The translations under genes and the position numbers were made by a program. From the NCBI RefSeq assembly GCF_902713615.1, contig NC_052162.1, positions 110,393,187-110,451,810 on the forward strand: a DNA stretch of 58,624 nucleotides, written 5' to 3'. Below the pieces are notes generated by a model. That model ran no database searches, was not told the origin of the DNA, and saw nothing but the letters and a program-made list of their open reading frames with translations. Source of the stretch: Scyliorhinus canicula (taxonomy: Eukaryota). Positions 12,163 to 23,910 of this stretch are shown piece after piece (positions within the stretch are counted from its first letter, which is position 1; every line of letters begins with the position of its first letter).

Positions 12163-13817
12163 GAATAAGACATTTGGGTTGGCTTCCACAGTTCTGCAGG
12201 ACATGAAGCACAATTAAACTCAACGAGAAAGTCCAGAGGCTCAAGGCGATATCCAGTTATATTTGTTTATTTTAATTTTTTTTAATACTTATCTAATTGC
12301 GGTGTTCAGCTTAAAGGGGTACTTTAGATTAATTTATTTTTCTCTGGCTTCCACAGATAATTAAAAGATGCTCATTAATTATCAATGAAATGCCGCTGAT
12401 AATTGGAGTTGGTTAATTTAGCATGACCGGCTGATTGTTGAATCTTTACTGTGCAGCAGAACTGCAATTATTCTTCACTTGTGTTGTTCTGACTCCGGTT
12501 CCGGCTGTTGTGATTCACTTTTCCCGCGGATTTCCCGGAGGTGTGGGGTGGATTCCATAGGAAATCACAGTGACAAGTGCCTGTATGCCGGGAGAAAACG
12601 GTGCGCCGCCGAGACACACGCGGCTGGTGAACCGGAAAATCCAGCTCTGAACAATTTGTAAGAGGAATAGGCGTCCTTGATAGTCAACGGATTGCTATTT
12701 CGTCCGAGTTAAATGCAAATAAAGTGAAGCTTACATGAAGCTAGAGGTAGAAAAACATTGCAATTGAAACAGCTTAACTATTTTGTATCGTAACATTTGA
12801 ATTGAAGTACAGCAGCGAATCTTCCAAATCTGTGCTGTATGTGGGATATAATTAAATCGATGGGCATCTTAGCCCTGAAAGCTATATCCAATTCTTATTA
12901 AAATCACGGTTCTTTTTTGTTCGTTGAGTTTTAATATCTCAGATGATGCAGGATTAGAATGAATATTGTAGATTTTAATTTCAATAGAGGGCGCTACATT
13001 TTTTCAAACTCAATTAGGTGCAGTGTGTGGACTGCAGTAGCAAATAAAAGATTGCCTGAATTCTTAACTATCATAATCTCTGACAATAATCAAAACTGCC
13101 AGTTATATTTGTTTAGTTCTTTTAAGCTGCTATTGCAATTTGGTATGGCATTTTAACTCCAAAGTTATTTACCGTGTCCAGAGGATTTAATAATCCACTG
13201 TTCATTATTGAGATAAGTAACCTGATCATGTTTGAACAATTTTTAATTACCCATTTCTAAATCCCAACATGTGAATGATACTTGTAGAATAGAGGAGCTT
13301 TCAGTCGTGCGAACCTGATCATAAATATAAAGCGTTTATAGGTGTGTAAGTAAAGAGCAGAGCAGTATTACAAATTATTGATCATTTTAATTAATTAAAC
13401 GCGACATGATATATTTGTCCAAATTTGCATGGTGTTATTTGACTATTTTTTCAGAACTTTAATTCAGATAATAATCTATGCTTAAAAAGGCACAACTGAG
13501 GAAGATGTAGACATTTATTCATTAATTTGGAATAATCGGGCGAAACATCACCAATACAAAAATAGGACAGATATCCGTGCAAGCTCCTTAAAAATAAGGT
13601 ACCTCTCTCAAATGTGCTGGCGTTGTGCCCAGGATTAACGTTGAAACACATGATTGGAGATATTTCTTAATAATTTAGAATGAATTGATAAATCAACATG
13701 TTTCTAACTCAGCTGCCATAATTTCCTTAGGTCATTTCCAGACATTTAATTAATTTGCATCCTGTTTAGTCTCGGCAATTTCAAAGTTCATATTTAAGTC
13801 ATAAATCATATGAGTGA

Positions 13818-14043
13818 GGGCAGCACGATGGCGCAGTGGTAGCACTGCAATCTCACGGCGCCAATGTCCCAGGTTCGATCCCGGCTCTGGGTCACTGACC
13901 GTGTGGTGTTTGCACATTTTCCCCGTGTTTGCGTGGGTTTCGCCCCACAACCCAAAGATGTGCAAGCTAGGTGGATTGAACACGCTAAGGTGCCCCTTAA
14001 TTGGAAATAATGAATTGGGTACTCTAATTTTAAAACAATAAAG
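13818..14043 (+). mobile_element. Short SINE with A-rich tail and target-site duplication (TSD)
   Basis: tRNA-like head and V core, tail GCCCCTTAATTGGAAA...GGGTACTCTAATTTTAAAA. Flanked by AAATCAT(A/G)TGAGTG at 13803-13816 and 14044-14057. Confidence 0.85.
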
Positions 14044-15419
14044 AAATCATGTGAGTGGATGATCAGTGTTCAGCGTGCATTTCTCCAGATTTATATAATT
14101 ATTACCCTGCTAGTGTCCTTGTAATAAACATAAAACTACACTGATTGTACGTCATTTTAATGTACCTGTTCGAAGGGAAAACAACCCTTGACAATTGTGA
14201 ATTGTAGACCGATAGGGATAAAGTGCTGCCAGTCAAATGCAGTTTTTCAATTAATTATTGGCTTAATTTCAGAGGAATGAAAGTAGATCAACTCAAACTC
14301 AAGAAATTTCGTATAAATATTTTAGATACTATTGGCTTCCATAATCCGCCTGTGCACGCAGAATAATTAACATGCATAATTAATTGGGGCGAAAGGCAAT
14401 ATCCAATTGACCTTGTTTTTATTGAAACTAAAACTTTTTCATCTTATTGCAGTATAAATTAATTGTTGTCTCCCTGGATTAAGGTGATGGAAGTTCATGT
14501 TCAATATCGGTGGCCGAATAATAATCCCGTAATACACATTATCCACTTAAATACATTTGAAAGATATGTCGCTTGTCAACTAAGATTTACAAAGAGCAGT
14601 ACAAAGCTGACAGATAATATTTAATCTGCATTATCTAACACAGTGAAATTGAATGGGCAGAATAACAGTAATTTTAATTTTAAAAAAGTAAGTTTACCTC
14701 TCAGTTATTAGATGTCCATTTTGTTTAATTCTATCTCACATCGAGCACAGCTTTGGAAGTTTGTTACAGTCCTTCAGTTGAAAGATTATATTTATAATTA
14801 CGGAAAGCTGCTTCAATTGCCATGCTTGTTTCTGTCGAAACTCTCTGTAGAAATTATTACTGCTCTGCTTCTGTGAAAATGGTCACTGTGTGAGAATGAA
14901 GAATCCCCCTAAATGGCCATAACCCTTCTGGTGTGTTGTTCTGAATTTCAGGCTTGTGGTTCAGATTTTATGTCCTCAGTGTACCCTGTACGTGAGCCGG
15001 ATTATCTTGATTGTCCATATTAAGCGGACGATTTAACTCACTGTGTAGCCTCGGGGGAGTTTTGGAATACGTTTCACAATTGTTGTGTGGTTTTGGAGAG
15101 CTTTACAGAACTGTGTGAAGGAAGATTTAGAATAGATGTTCTGTTCTGTATCTGATGTGATGGTACTTCTACTGGACGAGTCCGAAACATGACTTTCAAA
15201 AAATAGGGTGTGAGTGTTTCGAACTACATGTCAAAAACAAAATTCCTCCCATTAAGCAACAGATCGTTAATTTAATTTGTATTTATATCGAAAAACAATC
15301 ACCAAGTTGTTGCTGATGATGGGTAAACGTTGCAATATCAAGCGTTTATTGAATCAGGTCGACCTGATCCAGAGCTCAGAAACAAAATATTTGAGAGAAC
15401 TGATTGGAAAACTGTATGT

Positions 15420-15717
15420 NNNNNNNNNNNNNNNNNNNNNNNNNNNNNNNNNNNNNNNNNNNNNNNNNNNNNNNNNNNNNNNNNNNNNNNNNNNNNNNNN
15501 NNNNNNNNNNNNNNNNNNNNNNNNNNNNNNNNNNNNNNNNNNNNNNNNNNNNNNNNNNNNNNNNNNNNNNNNNNNNNNNNNNNNNNNNNNNNNNNNNNNN
15601 NNNNNNNNNNNNNNNNNNNNNNNNNNNNNNNNNNNNNNNNNNNNNNNNNNNNNNNNNNNNNNNNNNNNNNNNNNNNNNNNNNNNNNNNNNNNNNNNNNNN
15701 NNNNNNNNNNNNNNNNN
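15420..15717. other. Assembly gap (298 N) in the J-CH1 intron
   Basis: Run of N followed by ATCC repeats. Confidence 1.
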
Positions 15718-17136
15718 ATCCATCCATCCATCTAGCTATTATTGACACGGGAACCAGTACGTATGCGATTAATTCTGATCAGGGAGGTTTAATAAAGGTA
15801 TTTGACAGAAATTCGGGATGTTTGTTTTCCCAGTTAGGTGAATTGGTGAAATTCGAGACGTTTATTTTCCCAGTTAGGTGACTGAATCTGCAGCAAACTA
15901 TTGAAAGGGTGGGGTGGGGTTGAATTTATGCTCCACGGCACCTGAGATATTCTAACGTAGAAAACAAAAGCTGTGAGTAGAATCCAAAATAACTGCATAT
16001 AAATGGAATTTATGGGACGAATATTAGACATTCGGTATTGAACGGGATTGCTGGTTACATAATTCAGATTCATCTAAATGTAATACAACTAGTATATCTA
16101 GCCTGGATGAGTTGCATGATCAGTCGAACAGATGTTGCCGTAAGTTATCCAAGTATGCCCTCTGAAAATAACAACATAAGTTTATACAGTGCATTCAACC
16201 AAGTGCAATGGCACAATATGGTTGACAATAGATTAATAAGAAGAAGCTAGATACTGAATAAATGTGCAGGTTTGTCAGGAGCAGTTATTCGGGCAGTGGT
16301 ACTGGAGCAGTGTCATTCGGATAGGATACCAAGAACTCAGACGCTGGGGGGTTCGGATTAAAATCCAACTCCGGCAGCAGATGAGAATTAATTTAAATTA
16401 ATAAACTCTGGAAATGAAAGGTGTCTTAATGATGGTAGCAATGCAACTGTCATCAAATCATGCTAGTTCAGTGATCCACTTTCAAGAAATAAATCTGCCA
16501 TTCCTCCCTGGTTTTACTCACATGTGACTTCAGGCATATCACAAACATTTGGTTGACTCTTAACTGTCTCAGAAATGAGCCTCTAATTTAAAGGTATACA
16601 GGGATTTGAAACAAACGTTGGCCTGACCGCCAATATTCAGGACCAAAAATAAATAAAGAATAACTTTAATCTTTCTTCGAACTGTCGGATTTAAGACAGT
16701 GATTTCTAAACCTTTCTACCATTGCATTATCCAATATATGTTGATTGTAAGCGGGTGGGAGCAACATAATGTCAATAGCAGATATTTAGAAATAATATCG
16801 GCGAACCTATAGTTGAAATTATTTGGGTGAAGGAAAGATAGTAACCTGAACAGATGACCAAGAGTTCGAGGAAGCACAAGGCAAAGTGTCCCTAACTTAT
16901 TGGCAGGTGTCCCTAACTTATTATGGACAGGATTTGCATTTTCAGAATTGTGCCTTCTCCTGTGGCAAATATTAGCCTGTGACGGCGTGTCCAGTTGGGT
17001 CCATCAACTCATAAATGCAGCTCCAGATCAGAAGTTATTTGAATTAAATGTGACCTGTCATCAAACTTCTAAATTTCTGCTGATTTCATAGCACGAATCA
17101 AAATGCTAACTTGTTGAATTGACCGTTATTTCCCAG

Positions 17137-17436
17137 CAACGCCGTCTCCGCCCACCCTCTACGCTTTGCTCTCCTCCTGTGAACAAACAAACATTGCCGG
17201 CTCAGTCACCTACGGCTGTTTGGCGATGGATTACTCCCCCGAAATCAGCAGTGTTTCCTGGAAGAAAGATCAAGAGACGATCAGGGATGACGTGACGGCT
17301 TATGCATCAGTGCTAAACAAGAGGGGAACTCACACCCTGAGCAGCCAGTTAACTATCGCTGAATCAGAGATCGGAAGCAGCACTATCTATTGCGAGGTTC
17401 AACGCGGCGGCACTGTCTGGAAAAAGGAAATGCCAG
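17137..17436 (+). CDS. IGHM: IgM constant exon CH1
   Basis: Acceptor TTTCCCAG and donor G|GTTAG. Frame [17 protein letters not shown]...[19 protein letters not shown]...[17 protein letters not shown] is typical of shark Cmu1. Confidence 0.96.
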
Positions 17437-18769
17437 GTTAGTGTTGTGGGATGCATGGGGTGGCCGTGCCGGAGGTGGGTGAAGGGTGAAAGTGCCCAAA
17501 TTCTGGATATAGGGTTTAAATTGAGCAATGTGTAGTGTCGTTTCTCATGTTGTGCTTACTGTCTTGTGGGTACTTCTATTCTATATTGCACACTTGGTGG
17601 ACTATGTACAGTTCTCGTCTCCCCAACATATGTGGTGTATTCTGTACGGTTCTGAACTCCATATCATAATTATTGTATTGTGGGCCGTCCGACTCTTCAC
17701 ATCAGACTAGGTTTTAGGTATGCAGTTTGCACTTCACAACAAACGTTGAGTACTGTGTGCAGTTCCGGTCTCCACTTTACACTTAATGCAACGCTTGGAG
17801 CAACTCTAATCTCCATTTCTTACTTAGTGTGATATGTACAGTGCTGTTGTCCACATCACAATTCGTGAACTGTCTACAGTTCTGATCTGCACACCACATT
17901 TTGTGTTCTGCATGCATTTTTATTCTGCACATGACAAAAAAAACTGTACTGTCTGAAGCTTTGCTCTCCACATTACACTTAGTTTACTGTCTACGATTCT
18001 AGTCCCATCACACTGAGTATTCAGCGTGCATTTCTAGTCTCGACATCAAACGTGGTGCACTGTGTATAGCTTTGCTCACCATATAATTCTTAGTTTACTG
18101 TTAACAGTCATTTGTTAATGATTACACCTGCAACGCTACATGCAATTGAGATTGAAATTCAGGAGAATGATATAGGGCAGTTGGAATAGGAGGGAACAGA
18201 CCTGAAGCTGATTGGTCACCACTGTCAACACAGTGAATAGGCTGGCACGCTCTGTAGCACAAACTGAAAGTTTGAGATATGACCGAATAAAGACCTTTCA
18301 GATTTATGAAGTAGATGAGACCAAACCTACCTTCTCCGAATTGAACAAAATGACGAATAAATATGTAATCTTCAATTAAAATATGTTTTACACAAAGAGT
18401 CAGCTAAATGGGGAAATGCTGTGGGGCCGTGTTATAAAGGCTGTGTTCAGGGTAATATTCGCAGATTGATAAGGGACAAAGACAAAAACGTTGTTTTGAT
18501 ACAGTGAGATGAAACCAGATGAAATAGGCGCAGGACTAGGCCATTTGGCCCTTAGAGACAGCTCCGATACTCAATGTGATCAGAACTGATCATCTAAATA
18601 AGTTACCTGTTCCAGTTTCCTCCCATATCCCTTTATCACTTTAGCAGTAGGAACTAAATCCGTCTCCACTTGAAAACGAATCAGGTTTTCGTCTCAGCTG
18701 CTTTCCGCACTATCGCATTCCACAGAGAAAATAGGGCGAGAAGATATTCATGCGGAAGATAAACTCCAG

Positions 18770-21170
18770 AATTACAGACTCACAGAAGGATACATGGCAG
18801 AAAAACCCCATTGGGTCTGCATCGCCGCATGGAAGGCATCTGACCTGCCAGTCCTAATCCAATTTGCCAGTACTAGCCCATAGCCTCGAATGATAAGACG
18901 TTCCAAGTACTCATCCAGGTACTTATTAAGGTATCCAAGGCAACCCGCCTCTACTATCCTCATAGACAGTGCGTTCCAGACGGTCCCAACCTTCTGGGTA
19001 AAATTGTTTTTCCTCAAATCCCCTCTGCACCTCCCGCCCCTCACCATAAACACGTGTTCATTCGTAACCGACCCTTCAACTAAGAGGAACAACTCTTCCC
19101 TATCCACCCTGCCCATGCCCCTCATAATCTTGTACACCTCGATCAGGTCGCCCCTAAGTCTTCTCTGCACCAGCGCAAACTACCCAAGACTGTAACCTCT
19201 CTTCATAACTAAAATGTTGCATCCGAGGGAACATCCTGTGAAACGCCTCTGCACCCGCTCCAGTGCAATCACACCCTTCCTATAATGTGGCGACCAGAAT
19301 TGCACACAGTACTCCAGCTGTCACCTCAACAATGTTCTATACAGCTCCAGCATGACTTCCTTGCTTTTGTAATCTATGCGATGATTGATAAACACCAAGG
19401 GCTCTTTGTTCCTCAGGACTTGCCAGTGTGGTGCAATTCATTGAATGTTTCCTTGTCAAATTGCTCCTTCCAAAGTGTAGCAACGCACACTTTTCAGGAT
19501 TAAATTCCATCTGCCACTTTTCTGTCCAGTGGACTATCCCGTCCATACCTTCCTGTAACCCAAGACTCTCAGCCTCACTGCTAACCACCCGGCCTATCTT
19601 TGTGTCATCCACAAACGTACTGATCCTACCCCCCACATACTCATCCAAGTTATTAGCATAAATTACGAATAATAGGGGGCCCAGGACAGATCTCTGTGGC
19701 ATGCCACTGGACACTGGCTTCCAATCACTAAAGCAGCCATTACACTGTTTCCCACAACGCATCCAGCTTTGAATCCACCTTATGAAATTCCCCTGTACCC
19801 TATGCCTTCTTTATAAGTCTCCATGGGGGACCTTATCAAATGCTTTGCTGTAACCATGTAAACGACATCAACTTCCAGGCAGCACGGTAGCACAAGTCGC
19901 TAGCATTGTGGCCTCACAGCGCCAGGGTCACAGGTTCGATTCCCTGCTGGAAGACTGTGCAGTCTGCACGTTCTCCCCGTGTCTGCGTGGGTTTCCTCAG
20001 GGTGCTCCGGTGTCCTCGTACAGTCCAAAGACGTGCAGGTTAGGTGTATTTCCAATGCTATATTGCCCTCAGTGTCCAAAAAGGTTAGGAGGGGTCATTG
20101 TGTTACGGGGATGGGGTACAAATGAGGGCTTAAGTGGGCCGGTGCAGACTCGATGAGCCGCATGGCCTCCTTCTGCACTCTATGTTCTATCTTATTCTAT
20201 GTTCACTACCCTCATCTAAACACTTAGTCACGTCCCCAAAAAATGAAATTTATTTTTTTAGGCATGACCTCCCTTCACAAAGCCATGCTGACTATCCCTG
20301 ATCAAACCGTTCCCGGGGAAGTGAAGATAGATTCTCTCCTTCAGAATTTTCCCCATTGGTTTCCCCAGCACTGACTTGAGACTCATTGACCAATAGTTCA
20401 ATGACGTATCCTACAGTTTTCCTTAAATAGTGGCACCACATTCACGGTTCTCCTGTCCTCTGGCACCTCTCCCATGTCCAGAGAAGAATTAAAAGTTTGG
20501 ATCAGTGCCACTGAGATCTCCTCCCTCGCCTCCCACAGAAACCTGGGAAACAATCCGTCCAGACCTGGAGACTTCTACACTTTTATGCCTGCCAACACCT
20601 TTGTGGACAGAATATACTGCTTAATTACCTCTGACTGTCTGGGGGTCTATAATAAACACATAGCAATGTGACTGTCCCTTTTTTATTCTGTCCACAAAGC
20701 TTCAATTGACATCACACCTCAGCTATAATCTCTCCTTACTGTAGTAATTGACTAATTAACTAATAGATCAAGGACAGCCGCCCCCTTTTGCACCCCCGCC
20801 CCCCCCCCCCCCCTCCTGAAGATTCTGTATCTCGGGGTATTAAGCTTGCAATCTTGCCCCTCCCTTAACCAAGTCTCCGTGATGGCTACAACAATTTCAT
20901 GTGTCAACCATCGCTCTTAACTCATCCTTTTTACCTGTAGTACTCCAGGCATTAAAGTAGAGTTTAGTCAGCCTTGTCTTACGCTCCTGAACCTTACTAC
21001 CGGCTGAATGCCCTCTGATTTGATTGCTTTTCTATGATGCACGGTGTCCCTATTCTGCTCACAGTCTCCGCCCCTCCCGCTGCATAATTAGTTTAAACTC
21101 CTCCCAGCAGCATAAGCAACCCCACGAGCAAGGATGTTAGTCCTTGCGCTATGCAGTCGAGTGGCCTAGT
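18770..21170 (-). mobile_element. Decayed CR1 (HER1-type) LINE with a nested SINE at about 19877-20204
   Basis: Minus-strand peptides [31 protein letters not shown] and FVDDTKIG. Confidence 0.85.
19877..20204 (+). mobile_element. V-SINE/HE1-type SINE
   Basis: Head, core and TATGTTCTAT tail. The LINE sequence resumes on both sides. Confidence 0.85.
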
Positions 21171-21262
21171 CCTGTTTTGTGACTTTTAAGTGAATCGTTT
21201 TGCAATTTTAATTCTTTGCTTTGTACCAACATTAATTCCAAACAATATGTATTTTCATGAAG

Positions 21263-21574
21263 ACCGTGTGGTCCATCATCCAACTATTCTCCTCACACTG
21301 AGTCCCAATGAAGAAATCACAAGCAGGAGATTTGCTACCATCGTCTGTTCAATCCTTGACTTCCGCCCGAATTCAATTGCCGTGAAGTGGCTGAAGAATG
21401 GTCAAGCCTTCAACTCGGGCATCGTCACTTCCCCTGCCTTTGAAGTGAACGGTAACTACTCGGCCACCAGTAGGCTCACAGTTCCCGCCGGGGAATGGTT
21501 CAGTAACACGGTCTACACCTGCCAGGTCATACATAAAGATGCAACTCAAAGCCGGAACATCACTAGACCCCAGG
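21263..21574 (+). CDS. IGHM: IgM constant exon CH2
   Basis: Frame [30 protein letters not shown]...[20 protein letters not shown] and donor G|GTAAG. The acceptor (GAAG|) is weak, so the 5' boundary is less certain. Confidence 0.92.
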
Positions 21575-22477
21575 GTAAGAGATACAAACCACGAACGCGC
21601 GAAATTCCATTCTCATCTCAATCTAAGCCAATAATTGAATAGAATTAAAAAGCGCCCTAGAATTAGACCTATTTCCTAACCGTGTCGTCCTTCCAAAGTC
21701 AAATCAAATTCAGGATTTTTTTTAAAACAGCGCAAGACGAACATTCGATTGCCTCAAAGCACTTAGCAGCCAATTGATGACGTTGACATTGCATGAATAA
21801 TAGCAAAGTCGCAAATTCAGCAACGATCGCGTGCAGAACTAACCTCGAAAAACACCGAAATGCGGAAACATGGTTTCTATTGGTTTTATTCTGTTTCCTG
21901 TGGATACATATTGAGAAAGAAACAGTCACACTGAAGCTGAGTGTTTCAAAATTTATATGTATAGATAGATATCATTTTAGATTTCCAGCTTCTGCAATGA
22001 TTGGCTTTGGGAATAATGAATCATCATTGGGTTTCCTCGACCTGGTGCCCTGGAATATATTACATCACACTGACAAAGAAAACATTACCAAGGCTTAAAA
22101 ATTCATGTTGAAGTCGACATCTAACAATTATATGCACATTATGTCTGCAAACGTTTTCAGTTTCACAGCACGGGTGGCAGGTGTCATAGGCGACGCAGGA
22201 TTTACTTGACCTTATAGGATTAATGTGTTATCGAACACAGGTGCTTAATTTGTTTCCTGGAATTGGAGGTGAACAGAAATATTTGGACTGGACCTTAGAA
22301 ATGGGACTGTGGCCTTATGAATGGAGCCAAGTTGCTTGGTGGTCATATTGGCAAAAGGGTGTTTTCACATTGAGAATTTGTAACTACCATTCGTCCCAAG
22401 AATTGCCATCTTCTAAAGAAAATAGATAAATTTTATTTTAGGTTAGATCATCACTGATTGCAGATCAAATAAATATG

Positions 22478-22850
22478 TGTGGCACGATTTAAACTCATTG
22501 TCTGTTGTAATCGTTCTGTTATTGCCGATTGCTTCACAGCTCCAGGATCCCAGTTTCGATTCTGGCTTGGGTCACTGTCTGTGCGGAGTCTGCGCATCTT
22601 AAGGACACCGTGTGTGCGTCGGTTTCCTCCGGGTGCTCCGGTTTCCTCCCACAGTCCAAAGATGTGCAGGTTAGGTGGATTGGCCATGATAAATTGCCCT
22701 TAGTGTCCAACATTGCCCTTAGTGTTGGGTGGGGTCACTGGGTTATGGGGATAGGGTGGAGGTGTTGACCTTGGGTAGGGTGCTCTTTCCAAGAGCCGAT
22801 GCCGACTCGATGGACCGAATGGCATCCTTCTGCACTGTAAATTCTATGAT
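22478..22850 (+). mobile_element. V-SINE/HE1-type SINE in the CH2-CH3 intron
   Basis: Core and tail; the head is degenerate. Confidence 0.85.
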
Positions 22851-23138
22851 CAATGATAAGAACGATTCAATAACAGGATTGCACCAGAATCTATTTCAAT
22901 TGCAGCACCGGGTACCTCGTTTTGTCCTTACCAGTGACTCGGGGTGAAAATACTAAGGCAATGTTATTGTGTCTCCCAGAAATGTTGCAACTCCCTTTCC
23001 GTCGAACAACGATGGTGTTCGAACGAAAGGGAGATGTTAAGAGTCACAAATATGCCTTTATCCTGTGAGGGAGAAAGCTGAATCCTGGTGTTCTTTTTCA
23101 GATTTTTTTTCTGATCGACTTTCAATTCTGCTTCCCAG

Positions 23139-23447
23139 GTAGTTCCAGTTGCCCAGATCCCGTAATTACTATACTGCCCCCACCAGTAGAACAGGTCTTA
23201 CTGGAGGCCACAGTGACCTTAACCTGCATCGTGACTAACGCCCCTTACGGAGTAAATTTGTCTTGGACACAAGGAGAGAAGACTTTGCAATCAGAGATTG
23301 CTGTCAAACCTGGAAATGCTCCTGACAGTGTGTTCAGCCAGTTAAACATCTCAACACAAGACTGGCTGGGTGGAACGAGGTTCTACTGCGTGGTGACCGA
23401 TCAGGATCTGCCGACTCCTTTAAGAAATTCCATCCGCAAAGAAGAAG
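23139..23447 (+). CDS. IGHM: IgM constant exon CH3
   Basis: Acceptor CTTCCCAG and donor G|GTAAG. Frame [30 protein letters not shown]...[22 protein letters not shown]. Confidence 0.96.
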
Positions 23448-23910
23448 GTAAGCAGTGGAATGTAATCAATTAAAAGTCGTAGTGCCTATCCTGTGCAAAT
23501 CTAAGAATCAATTAATAGCATTTAGTGCATTAAAGGACAATTCTGAATGATTTTTCCACCAAATGAAACCACTGTGACTGTAAATGATGCAGCTCAGGAG
23601 AAATACAAAAGTGAACGAAGAGTAAAGCAAGTGACCGAAATTATATTAGCGTTCGATTAAGTAAGGTCAATTGAACCTGATGTGGCGCTTAAACACCAGC
23701 ATAGACCAGAATGGCCTGTTTTTGTGCCGTATTTTCTCAAAATAAAGGATAGTATCTGATTGTGCGTCAAACTAGATAACTGGACAGATACTAAAATGGA
23801 AAATTGAAACCTTTAAAATTCAACACCAATCACATATCTCACATATTTCCACCAATGTACTTTTGTTTGCAATTCTCATTTTATACACATTTATTGTTAC
23901 TTTTCTGCAG

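Noticed and set aside
12566-12604. Perfect heptamer CACAGTG in the J-CH1 intron, as a possible extra RSS
   Set aside because: No nonamer-like sequence at 12, 22 or 23 bp spacing. The same applies to the heptamers near 14639 and 14883.
15152-15188. CTGATG...GGACGAGTCCGAAAC resembling a hammerhead
   Set aside because: The CUGANGA core is not adjacent to the stem and no stem I or III can be formed.
15277-15881. ORFs spanning the N runs (also 48054-48560)
   Set aside because: They are artefacts of assembly gaps.
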